DNA of 64,000 nt from Trichosphaerium sp. ATCC 40318 (GCA_038496445.1 JALMLS010000061.1:92434-156433); one strand, 5' to 3'; shown: positions 11,990-24,440, counted from the stretch's first letter. A program made the numbers and translations. The notes: generated by a model from the sequence alone, not told the origin.

Positions 11990-14900
11990 TTACATTGTTC
12001 GCTCTTGTAAATTAACTTCATGTTGTGAAATTTCTCCATGACCCGGATTATCGATACTCACATTTTTTGCTTGTATTTGTTCATCACTGAGCATTCACTC
12101 ACTACATTGTAATAATTATTTGATTTATTTGATAGCGTTTCATCAAATATGAAGTATGGGAATTTTTTAGGTTATGACGAACTGAAAAATGGGATTATCA
12201 AAACTTGATTAATCAAGTGAAACGTTTTCCGATCTGCGCATAGCCTTGATTAAACGCTTACCCTATCGCTACTCTAGATTTGGACAAAGTCGGTGATTTC
12301 ACTACACGAAGTCATTTTAAAGTTAAAGCAGTATCTGTGCAGACAATTAGAAAGCGATATCAACTAGCATTCTCTCAAGAATGGTCAAAAAAAGGTGATT
12401 TTCAATGAACAAATAATCTCGATACTGACGGCTTTGTGAATGTGCTCAAAATACTGTAAAACTACGTACGAAGTGCTGTATGTGTTTTTCAAAATAAGAG
12501 AAACGCATTCATGAATTATTCCGGGGAAGTCGTTTTCCGGATGAAAACGCTCATTGTGTGGGGTAAGAGTAGATGGTGCAACCCATTCCATTCTGCCGTT
12601 GAGTTCACTCATTTCGAAAGGCGGTGAATTCAATGATAAGCTTGTCTCGTTTGCTCACGCTCAGTAGCGATATTAATACTAAACTAATCCATAAATTTCG
12701 GCCAGAACACAGCAGCTCGGAATTTTTGGAACCAAGGTTATCTTACATTAGTCGTTTTGGTAACATCTGGCCTCCAAAAATCCCAAGCTGTTTGTGAGCT
12801 ATTGGTATTTATTCTCGTACATCGGGTCGTAAAGGCTAGCTCGTGGCAATGATACTTGCACTATCTACAGGCTTTTTTGTGTTTTTTGATCGTTTTGCTA
12901 TCTACATTTGCTTGAACTCGTTTTTTTTGAACATGTTCCTAGTACAATTCTGTAATAGCCTAAAGAAGTCAGAAAAAAAAGCCACGAAATAATGAAAAAT
13001 ACAGTTTCGGATGTGGCACTTCTTTTCACTTCTTTTCTTTTTTTAAGGTGTATCGTTGTTACTGAAGTGTTGAAAAGAGAAACAAGCGCTTTACAGTGGT
13101 AGAGTACTTGATTTTTAAGGTAGGAGAAGGTTATACTTACAACTGTGTTGAGCGCTTATCATTTGAAACAAGAGCATTAAAGTCCCAGTTTTCTTCCGGA
13201 TAAACATCACCCAATAAATGAGGATAGTACCTCAGAATACCAGAGCCACCAAGTGATCTTATTTGAGCCATAGAAACCCTGTACCTAAGTAAATAATTAG
13301 TAGAGTTACTTGTCTTGGTGTCAGACGGTTCGGTTCGTTCGTAAGAAGAAAATTTCGCAATTTACAAAAAAAAGCAAGAGCAAGATTGAGTGTTCTAAGC
13401 GTATTGAGAGGCTTCAAGCCTGTAAATATACTTCTTTTTAATTTTATGAGCTTGTACGTATTATAATGACCAGAATAAAGAAGTTTGATGGGACAGACAA
13501 TACCACAAGAGATAGTTTTGGGAAAACATGTGAAAAATTGAAATAAAGATTGGTTAGACTTTTTTTCCAAACTCTTTGCAGAAATTCCTCATGTGAAAGG
13601 TTTTAAGCTTACCACTCATTAAGAGAACCAACACCAAGTCTATTTTCAGTATCTTTAACAAACGATATTACGTTATCATCGTTAAGCCAAAACCCTCTTG
13701 ATACATTTTTACAGTTTTTTCTACTTTGCAGTTTTTTACTATTTTTTAGGCGTCTCCTATTGCGTATGGTCAGTTGTTTTCTAAGCACTGAGATTAATAT
13801 CTCACCTTGATTCCAATAATTCCATTTGAGCTTTCGTCTTCCTATCGAAGCATTGGTCTTAGTATAAAGCGATAGAAACAGCTTTTTGTCAGCAGATTGA
13901 AAAATTGTTGGTACCACAAGAATTTTAGCTCTTCTCTCAGGTTTGGATAGTGAATACACAATGCTTTAGGAAGTGACCCATACCTAGGAATGGGAGTGAG
14001 AAAACATATGTTTTAAACACGTGAGCAGAAGTTGGTGCGGAAAGGAAATTTATATTTATTTGGACATGGTACCTTGACACAATATCCTTTGCTCCTAATC
14101 TCATTACATCATGACTTGAAACATGTTTCCAATCACTTATAGTCTTAAGATCAAGCGTTAAAGCGATTTCGTTTAATTTCTCTAAGCTTGAAGGTGCCCT
14201 CCTAAGTGGAAAAAATAATTAGAATAACTTTTGGGTTTGACCAAATGGTTTGTGAACGTACACGAAAAGTGACTCAATCCATTGTTCTTTGGGGTGTATA
14301 AACCTAAGAATCTTGTAAAGCGATCCGTGCCTATTGTAAAGAGTAAGATTGAGTGTGATCAAGTATATTAAGCCAGCGTAGAAATACGAGAAAAGTTCTG
14401 AATCAACATTGCTTTGACTTACTTGTTGAGTAACCAAGCGCCACCAAATCGGTGAATATCTTGCCATCGTATATTATACCAATCTTTTACATTCTTTATA
14501 CCCAGTTCGTCTCCAATTCTATTGAATATCCGACGATGTCTGATACGATCACAACTAGCTGTTCTAATATTGTCTAAGGCAATAACTTGATAAAGTATGC
14601 GTACTGGAACTTCTGAACTTGCCAGTCATGCTCAGGATATATTGCATTGACTGCATTATATAACGAGTATTGATACCTAAAATATAACTTAACACGTGCA
14701 TTTCTGAAAGCAGAAAGAATGGAAAGAAAAAGTAAGAAACTCAATAATTATCCATTAAGAAGTACTTTGAAAGAACACCACCTCCGTTATAATGTTTTAT
14801 ATCGTCTACTGTTATATTATACCAATCTTGATATTTATCAATAGCTAATTGTGAACTAATCTCATCAAACTTTGCTCTTTGATTTCTGACGTCATCCCAA

Positions 14901-15778
14901 AAACCTTGAGGTGCAACTCTACAAAACGAAATATAAGTTCCTCGTCACTTACAACAAAATACAGTACGTACTTAAATGCCCATGGTACCCACGGATATTC
15001 ATGGTATATGATTCTCAACGCATTGTACAATGAACCATTGTAATATCTGTAGAAGAGATTAAAAAAAACAAAAAAAAAGAGAACATTCACTACCTATTAA
15101 TAAATGAACCACCATGTGCCGCTGCTTGCTCAAATGTAATATTATACCAATCACTCCATACACCTATGCCCAATATATTACCTATACGGTCTAAACGCCG
15201 GCGTTGATTTGAGATATCGGCCCTTTAAGCGAGTTAGTTAAGTTTGATTTTTGCCTTTTTATTGTCACATGCCAGTACTTTTGAGGAGCTATCCTACACT
15301 TTCAGTTATTCAAATCAAGCTTATGAACCATGTCACGTACTTGAATAAACCCATATCCCATTTATATTCAGGGTAGAGAGCTAACAACGTGTAATACAGA
15401 GAGTTTTTGTGCCTAAACTAAAGGTTCAAATGGAACTTATTTTTATGTTGGTGATCTTTGCTGTTACCTGTTTAAAATCGTTCCACCGCCAAGCTGTTTT
15501 ACTGCTGACTTGGTTGCGTTGTACCAATCCGATGGTTGGGATATTTGAAGCGCAGGAGCAATAACTGTATCAAAAAATATCCTCTGGTTGTCTATGACAT
15601 TCCAGTGGCCGTTTGCTACGCGTATAGAGGTCGGCGAGAATGACATGTTACGTATTGCGCCTGATTTAGTCAAAAAACGGTTATAACGATGTAGTAATGG
15701 TCGCGATGAAGAAAAAGAGTGTACAAACGCTGTACGACTCGAAACCTATGAAAAGGCGCTAATCATACCACATACCAT
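11990..15778 (-). CDS. Putative mitochondrion-targeted protein with about 6-7 tandem ~70-aa repeats (G.W....NQR..FD.I...L.I....DWY.I........GG..L......SL...L...YP...W....F); 3' exons uncertain
   Basis: ATG at 15778, 30-nt intron, acid-free Ser/Arg-rich presequence; repeats such as GFWDDVRNQRAKFDEISSQLAIDKYQDWYNITVDDIKHYNGGGVL and SLYNALRIIYHEYPWVPWAF. Confidence 0.7.
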
Positions 15779-15968
15779 TTGTTTTGCGTTTTTCGTATCC
15801 TAAACGTACAATACATTGCGTACAAACGCTATTGATTATTCTAGTGCGCATTTGATCAAAATCGCGAGTTTCGCGTTGGTTAGCGTTTAGTAGGAGTACC
15901 TAATACTTTGTTCATGCATTTAAGCATGCGAACTTTAAGCGCTCTTTCAACATTTTGGTTCTTTCTGG

Positions 15969-18842
15969 ATGACAACGTTATCTCATGATTCTTTTCCTGC
16001 GCCCCCGGGCTTTACTACCAATAGTAAAGTAATGGTACGAAACAGTACATACCGTTAATTGTTTTCTGTAATTATCGTTTAGTATGATGCATTCCCACAA
16101 GGTGCTAGTGCCTTGAAGTCTCCACGTATCAGTGGATCTTCTACAACAACGGAACTTGATTCAATGTGGCAAAATAGCCCACGCGGCACTGTAAGTAAAT
16201 TGGTGTTGTATTTGCGTTAATTAGATTGCCACCAGGGAAGGAGAAAACGCGCAATGTCCTTGACACACTCAACAGGCTTTCTTTCTCTTAGTGACTGGTG
16301 GGATGCCACTGTAAAGGTACCTTTGATATTACATCCAAAGCAGTTTACACTCACAAATGGTCATAAACTATCTTCACGTTAATATAACCACCATTGTAGA
16401 AGCAGCAAGTGTCCATAAATGACTTTATAAAACATCTATCAAAGTTAACTCTAGTGACCTATTACGACGTACAAATACTCAAATACTACTTTGGTACGCC
16501 AAAAAACAAAACTGGTGGCTTTAATTGGTTTCTTTTCATCAAAACACTTGCTTTTCTCCCTTCGCCCTACTTACGCTTGGAGCAGACCCTAGGAAACAAT
16601 CAAAATCGATAAGAAAGTCAAACTTTCTAGCGTTTACAGAAACCTTTGGTAGACCTGGTGTAAGCTTAAAATTGGTACGAACAACCATATTATAAAAGTG
16701 TTTGGAAAGTTTTTTGATAGATTTTCATAAATGAAATTTCGCCCTTGTTGCTTTTCGGAGAATATCCTTCCCACCTTGGAAATCGAGCCCTGTTTTACTA
16801 ATTCAGCTCTGCTATTTACTATATTAATTATTGACCTGTCATTAACAACAATACTTCGGCCTTATGAAAGACGACATCGTTTTAATTGATCTTTCTAGCT
16901 TCGTCAGTTATTTTCTACACCTTACTTTCTTGGATGGCTTTCAGTTGATGGTTCTACACATTTAATTACAAACATGAGCCCTGGCACTTTTATGATTCGA
17001 TTCAGCTCTGAGCGTTCCTATCTCAGCACAAGTACGCACTCTATTCCAAAAACCTGAAAACATCTTTTACATTTTTTTACCTTGCTTTTTCACGACATTG
17101 AGCGTTTCTATTGTGCGTTTATTTGCTTTGTCTAACGATACAAGGTTATGTAACATATAATTTAACATGTTATTTGGTACGTGCTTATTTCTAATATGTT
17201 TTAGCGTACATAAATGCTGAAAGAAAAATACAACACTTTAGAGTTTCTGTTGAAAAAGGAAAATTTAGAGCCACAAATACGCTTGTTTTTGATAGTATTG
17301 TAGCATTAGTGGAACACTACAAGGTAACTTAACTCACATAGGGCATTCTAATACATACTGCTCAAGGCTGTACAAGAAAATTAAATCATTTTTAGAGCTT
17401 ACTTAAATATCCTTGTCGTTCAGGCTTACTCTTAAGACATCGGTAAGCATTCCTATTCACGTGAATACTTATCAACGTATCCTTTAGCTTCTTTTTTCCT
17501 AATTGCACAAGACCAGAAGCTGAAAAGATACTTGCCAAGAGACTTTCTGGAACGTACGATAATTTTCTTTTTTGTCAAAATCATTCCTCTATTTTTTTTG
17601 TGCTCAGCTTGATGTTTAATCACGTGACATTTTTATTTATTGAGAGTTTGTATTTATATTTCTTTCACTAGGTATTTTTTCAGATTCAGCTCTTCGGGTG
17701 ATTGTATTACATTGTCATATAAGAGTGACGATGGATGTAATCATCTACCTATTAAATTAGTTCAAAACTTTGGAAGTATTGCATTCCATTGCTTTAATGA
17801 AAAATATCGAAGCTTGTATTCTATTCGGTACCATCAAGGTGGTGTATTAAAGAATGCTCTTACAACAGCCGCAGTTCCATTAGGTACCGTTGAATGACAA
17901 TAGTTTAAAAAGTTCCAACCACAGAACAACAACTTACTTTTCCATTTACAGACATTGGTTCTCTTGAGACTTATGCAAAGAGTGAAAATGATTTAGAAGT
18001 AGAAATAGCAGCACTTGAAATACCAAGGTGGTTACGCACCGAAAGTGCTATGAAACTAGCTCGTATTACATCATCTTTGCGTTCAATTTGTTCAAACATA
18101 TGTACGCCTGAACAAAAAATACTCTTGTTCTTTTTTTTCCGGGAATGCCTTCCCATCTCACATTTCTTTATCATAGCAATGCAGCACCTTATTGCAACTG
18201 AAAATAATATGCCATTTATGATACAATTATATACAATTGAAGCTACTTATAACGAGAATCCAAACATAGTGCAAAATTGCAGTTATTTAATAGACTTATT
18301 CTCACAAAGTACGTTTTCTTTAAATGCAAAAACCTTCCCATTGCCGCCTCGGTGAAAGATTTTTTCGTGCCATGCTCCTTCTAAATATATCATTCGTTCT
18401 AAATATTGACAAAAAAATCACGTGGCACTATTTTCACTCACAAGGGCGACGGCTTTTTAAAAAAACCTGTTCTAGTAATTTCCTTATGCACATGTTTCCT
18501 AATTAGCTCACTCTAGAGGACCTTAATAAACGACTTCAAACAAAGCATGCATCGTCTAGACGTGATTCAAGAAGGTTAAGACTAAAGACAACACCACGGC
18601 ATCTTATCCGTGCAGGCAAAGGAGGCCCTATATCTCCTAAAGAAGATTTCCAGATTTTTGGTACTTTGGTGCCTTCTACTTCCAGAGTTTCTTCAAACTC
18701 TCTACTTCTGTCACTAAAGGTGAAAGAAAAATATGAACGTCTACCTTCAGTACCTTTTGGTGGACTTGTTCCTACTTCTCCTCCGAAATCTTACCATGCT
18801 TTTGATGTTGAGGAGAAAAATGTAATTGTAGATAGAAATTAG
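15969..18842 (+). CDS. Tandem SH2-domain protein with an EF-hand-like region upstream, multi-exon
   Basis: YFLGWLSVDGSTHLITNMSPGTFMIRFSSE...IQHFRV...FDSIVALVEHYK; second SH2 FFFPNCTRPEAEKILAKRLSGT..FRFSSS. Confidence 0.8.
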
Positions 18843-18984
18843 CTTGCAACAAAAAATAATTCTCCACCAATTGTACCATAAAAAAAGTTTGTTTAAATTC
18901 TTTCAAATACGTCTGTGAAAGTAGTAGAAGATAAGCTGATGATCTGAGACTAAACAGCTCTATGCGCTGATGTTAATCGCTAGA

Positions 18985-19898
18985 TCTAACTTACCTCTTG
19001 TTGTATTCCTATTGCAAGTTTTCGTTGTGTACCACAAATTGTACCCTATCAAATTCCTGGAAATTTGTGTTTAAAAACGGCTGACAACAAGATAAATTGG
19101 ATGTCAAACCAAAATGTACAAATCCATTTTGTAGAATATACGTGCTAACAGTCATTTTTAAGATTTGGGTTCACTTTCTTCAAACCAATTCGCTGGAACT
19201 TTACCTCACAACGTAATGGTAAAGGAGGATGTATTATGGGCAGCGTACTACAGCGAAGGTAAGATATTCATTAAAACTAAAGTGAACACATAATAGCCTT
19301 GATTGATTTATTAAAACTAAAGTGAACACATAATAGCCTTGATTGATTTATACTGTTCATCTGTGTTTTCATTTTGAAGGCATCAGAGGCAGTGATATTA
19401 TCTAACCACGTGTTTTAGTTCAGGTGTAGTAGCATGGGATATATTTGTGCCATCAGAACCAACGCTAATGGCTCAATACAAAACATCTGATTTCCCTAGT
19501 ACGAATTCGTTCAACAAGTTGGTTTTTTTTGACAAGCAAAATTTAAGGTGGGTTTCATGGTGTTTGGGGTGTTTATCCATTTGCTTCAAACGACTTAGTG
19601 TATGCATCAGATAGAGAAAATGGTAGGACATTAATTGGTGTATCAGTACAATTCCTCTTATGTTGTCATAGGATTGTTTATACTGGAGTTGGAAAACAAG
19701 CAAGTAAAGGAGGATACTAGATATAAAAGTACTCTTACTCTCTTACTCTTTTTTTATATGCTACTTTTTTACTGTTCTAATTACATGACTGTAGGCGTTA
19801 CAATCGTCTTGGCTGTTCTATCTGGTCTTTTATTTATAGCGTTAGTTATTGCTGTCATATTTTACCTTCGTAAAAGCACAAGATACAACGCAGTTTAA
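18985..19898 (+). pseudogene. 3' part of an LVIVD-repeat / choice-of-anchor-B-like beta-propeller protein with C-terminal TM helix; 5' end apparently missing
   Basis: Spliced exons read PHNVMVKEDVLWAAYYSEGVVAWDIFVPSEPTLMAQYKT...FHGVWGVYPFASNDLVYASDRENGLFILEL, then TM VTIVLAVLSGLLFIALVIAVIFYL; only ~150 bp from the SH2 gene stop. Confidence 0.55.
19271..19350. repeat. Exact 40-bp tandem duplication inside an intron
   Basis: TTAAAACTAAAGTGAACACATAATAGCCTTGATTGATTTA x2. Confidence 0.95.
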
Positions 19899-20158
19899 TG
19901 TTAGACCCATGTTAAGGAAAAATCATCAAATTCTATTCCTTGAGTTACTACGCTTTCGTTACTCCTTTCAAGAAAATGTTACAATGTTAGTACTTACGTA
20001 CATACAATAAGCATCTTGAAATGATTTGTCACGTGCTTACAACAGGCGAGGTCCGGTTTCTTTTGAAAAAAAATAGTACTATTGTTTACTTTGAACGACT
20101 TTTTGTCTTTGCGCTCTGATGTTTTGAAAAAACGTGCGCTTACAAACTTCCTTCTAAT

Positions 20159-21080
20159 ATGACGTCTGGAAATACTTCACAAAACAACGTACAGCTATAA
20201 CAACGCATTCAAACGACTAAACCAAAGAAATTAGTTTAATTCTGATGAGTATGTTCTGTTGTGTCTTCCTTTAGAACTACAACTTGAAATCGTTGATTTA
20301 AGCTTTGAAGTTTATCAAAAGTGGCCATTGTTATCAAAACACACTGCGGTAACAACAAGGTTTGATAACGAGTTAAATAAACATGGGAAATGGATTAAAC
20401 GAACTCAGGTCAGTATTAGTCACGTGTATTTCAAAAATGGTAAACGTCATGGAGACTTAAAGCGTTGGTATCCAAACAAACAATTGATGGCTCACTTTAA
20501 GTTTTTTAATGGTAAGCGAGAAGGAGAGCACAAACGGTTCTATCAAGATGGTAAACTAAAGGATAGTTTTAATTACAAAGAAGGCAAACGAGAAGGCAAA
20601 GCCACTCGGTGGTGTAGAAATGGTCAATTACAAATGCAGTACATGTATGTTAATGATAAACTAGAAGGAGAAAAAAAGAAGTGGCATGAAAATGGGCAAT
20701 TAAACGAGGAAATTACTTACGTTAATAATAACAGAGAAGGAAAGCGTAGCCGCTGGTATGATGATGGTATAATGTCATTTCAAAGTACCTATGTCAAAAA
20801 TAAACTTGAAGGAGAATATAAGGAGTGGCACTACAATGGGCAATTGAAATACCATGGCTATTATGTCAACGATAAACTAGAAGGAGACTGGAAACACTGG
20901 AATGAAAATGGAATTTTGCAAAGGCAAAACAACTTTGTCAATGGTAAAAAAGAAGGAGAAGCCAAGAAGTGGCATTCCAATGGCCAGCTAAAGGAAGTAT
21001 CGTATTTTAAGGATGGTGAACAAAGTGGACAATGGAAAACCTACGACTCAGAAGGTATATTGATTGCAGATTTGGAGTGA
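20159..21080 (+). CDS. F-box-like + MORN-variant repeat protein (exon 1 20159-20188, intron 20189-20234)
   Basis: MTSGNTSQNN|FNSDEYVLLCLPLELQLEIVDLSFEVYQKWPLLSK followed by about nine intron-free EG..K.W..NGQL repeats. Confidence 0.85.
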
Positions 21081-21446
21081 AAAAGAGTATTTAAAATAGA
21101 ATTCTTAACAAGGAAAGTGTATACAACACCAAAAAATGTAACATACTCGCGTTTTTCTGCTTGTTCGAAATAAAACACTTAAACCCACGTGATCTACTTT
21201 CATGTTAACTTCTCACTTGAAAGCTATTCTTTGTTAGCGCTAAATTATAGGTTTCGAGCTGGTTTGTGAGCACAGTAAGCATATTATGTAAGCTATCCTA
21301 TTGATGTATCTCTAAGGAATGCTTTGTGGTAGTAAGAGCTGAAGGTCACGTACTTGCTACTAATCGGGAGTGACATTTTGAAAAGTGGTGAGTGTGCGTT
21401 TTCAGAAAATTGGCAAAAGCAATATGCGTTTTTATTGCGCTTTACA

Positions 21447-22850
21447 CTAGGTCATGGAAATCACAGTACTATTATCGGTAAGCCAAGGTCCCCAAAAACC
21501 AGACCACTTTTCTTTTATGACTTCACAAGCTTCTTTCGCTGATTTACCTACAAAGGATGTTAAGATTAGTCGTTGACAATACTATCATTTTGATTACCTC
21601 TATTCGGATTATAAACAGTTTCGAATATTTCAGCAGCACGTGATTTCATGGCATTCAATATATCAGGCTGCTCTGAAGATAAGTCGTGATGCTCGGTTGG
21701 ATCATTAATAATATCAAAAAGGCATCCAGCTCCACAATCATAACGCTTGTCATCACCTAAAAACAAAGAGTTAGAAAACTGTCATCAAACGACATTTTGC
21801 TATGGCAAATAACGCTTACCGACATAGTCTCCTCGTTTTGCAGTCGTCGCATTAGGATAGCTCATACCAGTCCAACCGGAACACCATTGGTCTCCTTGAA
21901 GTAGCTTGTAGTTTCCTAGAGAGAAACTTAGTCACGTGATAGCAGAAAATGATAAACTGTCCTACCTTTGATCAATTGAATGGCTTGTGGCCGTTTCTTT
22001 CTACCAGGGAAACTTGCAAGAGGAATCTCAGTTCTTGGTGATGTCTTATTCTTTCCAGTAATGAGAGACCATACACCAAGACTATCAATATCAGGAACAC
22101 CAGGTACAACATCTTTAGGATCAACACCTGCCAAGTTACATAAAGTTGAATACCAGTCACAAACATGTATGTATCCATCCTGTAAGAAAGTAAGAAAAGA
22201 GTGCTTATTACTGTGAGTACGTACAGTAGATGAACCTTTCTTATCAGAAGGTATAAAACCTCCAGCAACAAACGCAATACCACGAACACCTCTTTCCCAA
22301 TCAGAGTGTTTTCCTCCTTTCAATGGATAATTATTTGCTGCTCCTCCTTTGTACGTTGGTCCGCCATTACTTAAAGTTATGGGTAAGAAGTTTAATTTGA
22401 AGCTATTTTTCTTCTGGACCGAAGTACGTACTCTGTTGAAAATATGATCAAATTATCCCACATTTTCTTTTGTTTAAGAAGGGTTGTAATATTGTTAATG
22501 GCTTCATCAACGAAACTTGACATGCCCATGTACTTTTGTCTGTTCTCGTTGTCTAAACCAGGGTACATATCCTTGTACTTGTCAGGAACTTCAAGAGGAT
22601 CTAAATAGAGAGTAAGACAGTACAAGAAAACTCCATTTCGGGAAATGAGGTGTTTCGATTAAATTACTGTGACAGTTTTGGAACGCCATGTAAAGAAACA
22701 TAGGCTTTGATTTATCATGTGATGTTATCAAATCAAGTGCCTAGAGAGCAAGTAAGATATACGTGATAATACAATCCAGTGACGTACTTTTTTATTGTAC
22801 ATGTATCCAGCATATCCAGTGTTATTCATACCTATTGCTGGTAACTCGTT
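21447..22850 (-). pseudogene. Arylsulfatase (ARSB/I/J-like) C-terminal half; N-terminal catalytic part absent
   Basis: KPMFLYMAFQNCH, PLEVP, DEAINNITTLLK..MWDNLIIFST, NNYPLKGGKHSDWERGVRG, HVCDWYST, LFDIINDPTEHHDL, GFWGPW; no CxPxR exon found, and an LRR gene starts ~170 bp upstream. Confidence 0.8.
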
Positions 22851-23023
22851 CTATTGTTACTGTTGTTCTTATCTAAATGTCTGCCTTACAGCAGTCTCAC
22901 TTAATAAATAGTATAACTACGGTAATCCTGTCTTATTTACATCTCTTCGTGAACCTTCAAGGTTTACTTATAAGCGCTACCATTTCACAATCAAAAAGGA
23001 AAAAACAGCCTTGTTCATTGTGT

Positions 23024-23962
23024 ATGTCTACAAACAGTGCACAAGCAAGCATTTTGGGCTTCTCAACAGAGATATTAGCTATTATTTTACGCGAAACCAC
23101 TAAAGAGCGATTTGCAGCTTGTCAAACATGCCATCGTTTTGCAGCTGTCATTCACGACATAGTTGGTTACGAAAGCGTTACTATTTCGACGCTAGACCAA
23201 GCAAAAGCTCTATTACAGCATTCAAGTGCTCTATTGCACACAAAAATCAACATAATCGGCGAATCCTCGAAGACAATTGTCAAAGAATTTGCTGGTGTTC
23301 GGAACATTAACGTGGGAAGCACTAATGTAGCAGATGAAGGAATCATTACTCTTTCTGGGGTTCATACTATTGATCTTAGTTTCAATACGACGGTCACGGA
23401 TAAAGGCATTAAAGCTCTTTCTGGTGTTCACACCATCAATCTTGATCGCTGCGTCTTAGCAACAGATGAAGGGATCAAAGCACTTTGTGGAGTTCATACT
23501 ATTAACCTATCACACCTTAAAATTACAGATGAAGGGATCAAAGAGCTTGCAGGTGTTCACAACGTTAATCTTTGCTACACCAATGTTACAGATGAAGGCA
23601 TCAAAGCACTCAAAGGTGTACATACTATCAACCTTTCAAATTGTCCAAGCATTACAAATGAAGGTATCAAAGCTCTCCAAGGTGTTCATAAGATTAACCT
23701 TAGTCGAAATTTCTATATAACTGATGATGGTGTCAAATCACTTTCAGGTGTTCATACCATTGACCTTAGTTTTACTTCCGTTACAGATGAAGGTATAAAT
23801 GCACTAAATGGTGTCAGTGACATAAACATTGGTATGACTAAAGTCACAGATGATGGTGTTAAAGCACTAGAAGGTCTACACTCAATTACAATTTTTGGCA
23901 CTGGTGTTACAGATGTTTGCAGGGCTGAATTGAAGCTAAATGGAGTTGAAATTGAAGACTAA
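23024..23962 (+). CDS. F-box-like + LRR protein (10 repeats of 21-22 aa, GVHTI.L....VTDEGIKAL), intronless
   Basis: ILGFSTEILAIILRE...AACQTCHRFAAV F-box-like segment plus regular LRRs; likely ATG at 23024 within ORF 22877-23962. Confidence 0.85.
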   Translation: MSTNSAQASILGFSTEILAIILRETTKERFAACQTCHRFAAVIHDIVGYESVTISTLDQAKALLQHSSALLHTKINIIGESSKTIVKEFAGVRNINVGSTNVADEGIITLSGVHTIDLSFNTTVTDKGIKALSGVHTINLDRCVLATDEGIKALCGVHTINLSHLKITDEGIKELAGVHNVNLCYTNVTDEGIKALKGVHTINLSNCPSITNEGIKALQGVHKINLSRNFYITDDGVKSLSGVHTIDLSFTSVTDEGINALNGVSDINIGMTKVTDDGVKALEGLHSITIFGTGVTDVCRAELKLNGVEIED

Positions 23963-24440
23963 GTCATACAACTTCCAAAGAAAGTGTTAAAAACTCATTT
24001 CATCCATTTGGATAAAAGAAAGCTTACCTCAAAATCACTTCTTAATTAAACACGTGATGACTGGGTAGCGTCTTACTTGCCTTATGTAATAAAGTAGTTG
24101 AGGTTTTTATTGCAGAATTATTGCGTCAAAGGCCACGAGATCATTTTCTTTGAGGTTTTTTGGGACATTACAATCGTTATTAACACAAGCAATAGAGTTT
24201 TTTACATCATTAGCTACTGTTGGATAGCGCTCAATTAGTATCTCGATGAATCGTTCAATTGTTGTCTAATCATGTAGTCAAACACACGTGCGAAAATGCA
24301 AACAAGTTCAAGGTCTTACTTTGTGTGGAACTTCAAGGCGTAATTCTTCTACATTCTCCTCATTGGGGTGATTACGGAATACATAGCGTACTGTTATCGT
24401 CTAAAACTCAACCGTTAACAATATATTTATAACCATAAAG

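Noticed and set aside
19271-19350. CRISPR-like array
   Set aside because: Only two adjacent units with no spacer, inside a eukaryotic intron
20259-21080. Bacterial YwqK antitoxin / toxin-antitoxin module
   Set aside because: The similarity is only the generic MORN-variant repeat; no toxin partner is present, and the gene has a spliceosomal intron and an F-box-like N-terminus
22877-23023. N-terminal extension of the 361-aa LRR ORF
   Set aside because: It abuts the arylsulfatase remnant and lacks similarity to the paralogue; ATG 23024 gives a leader length like the paralogue's
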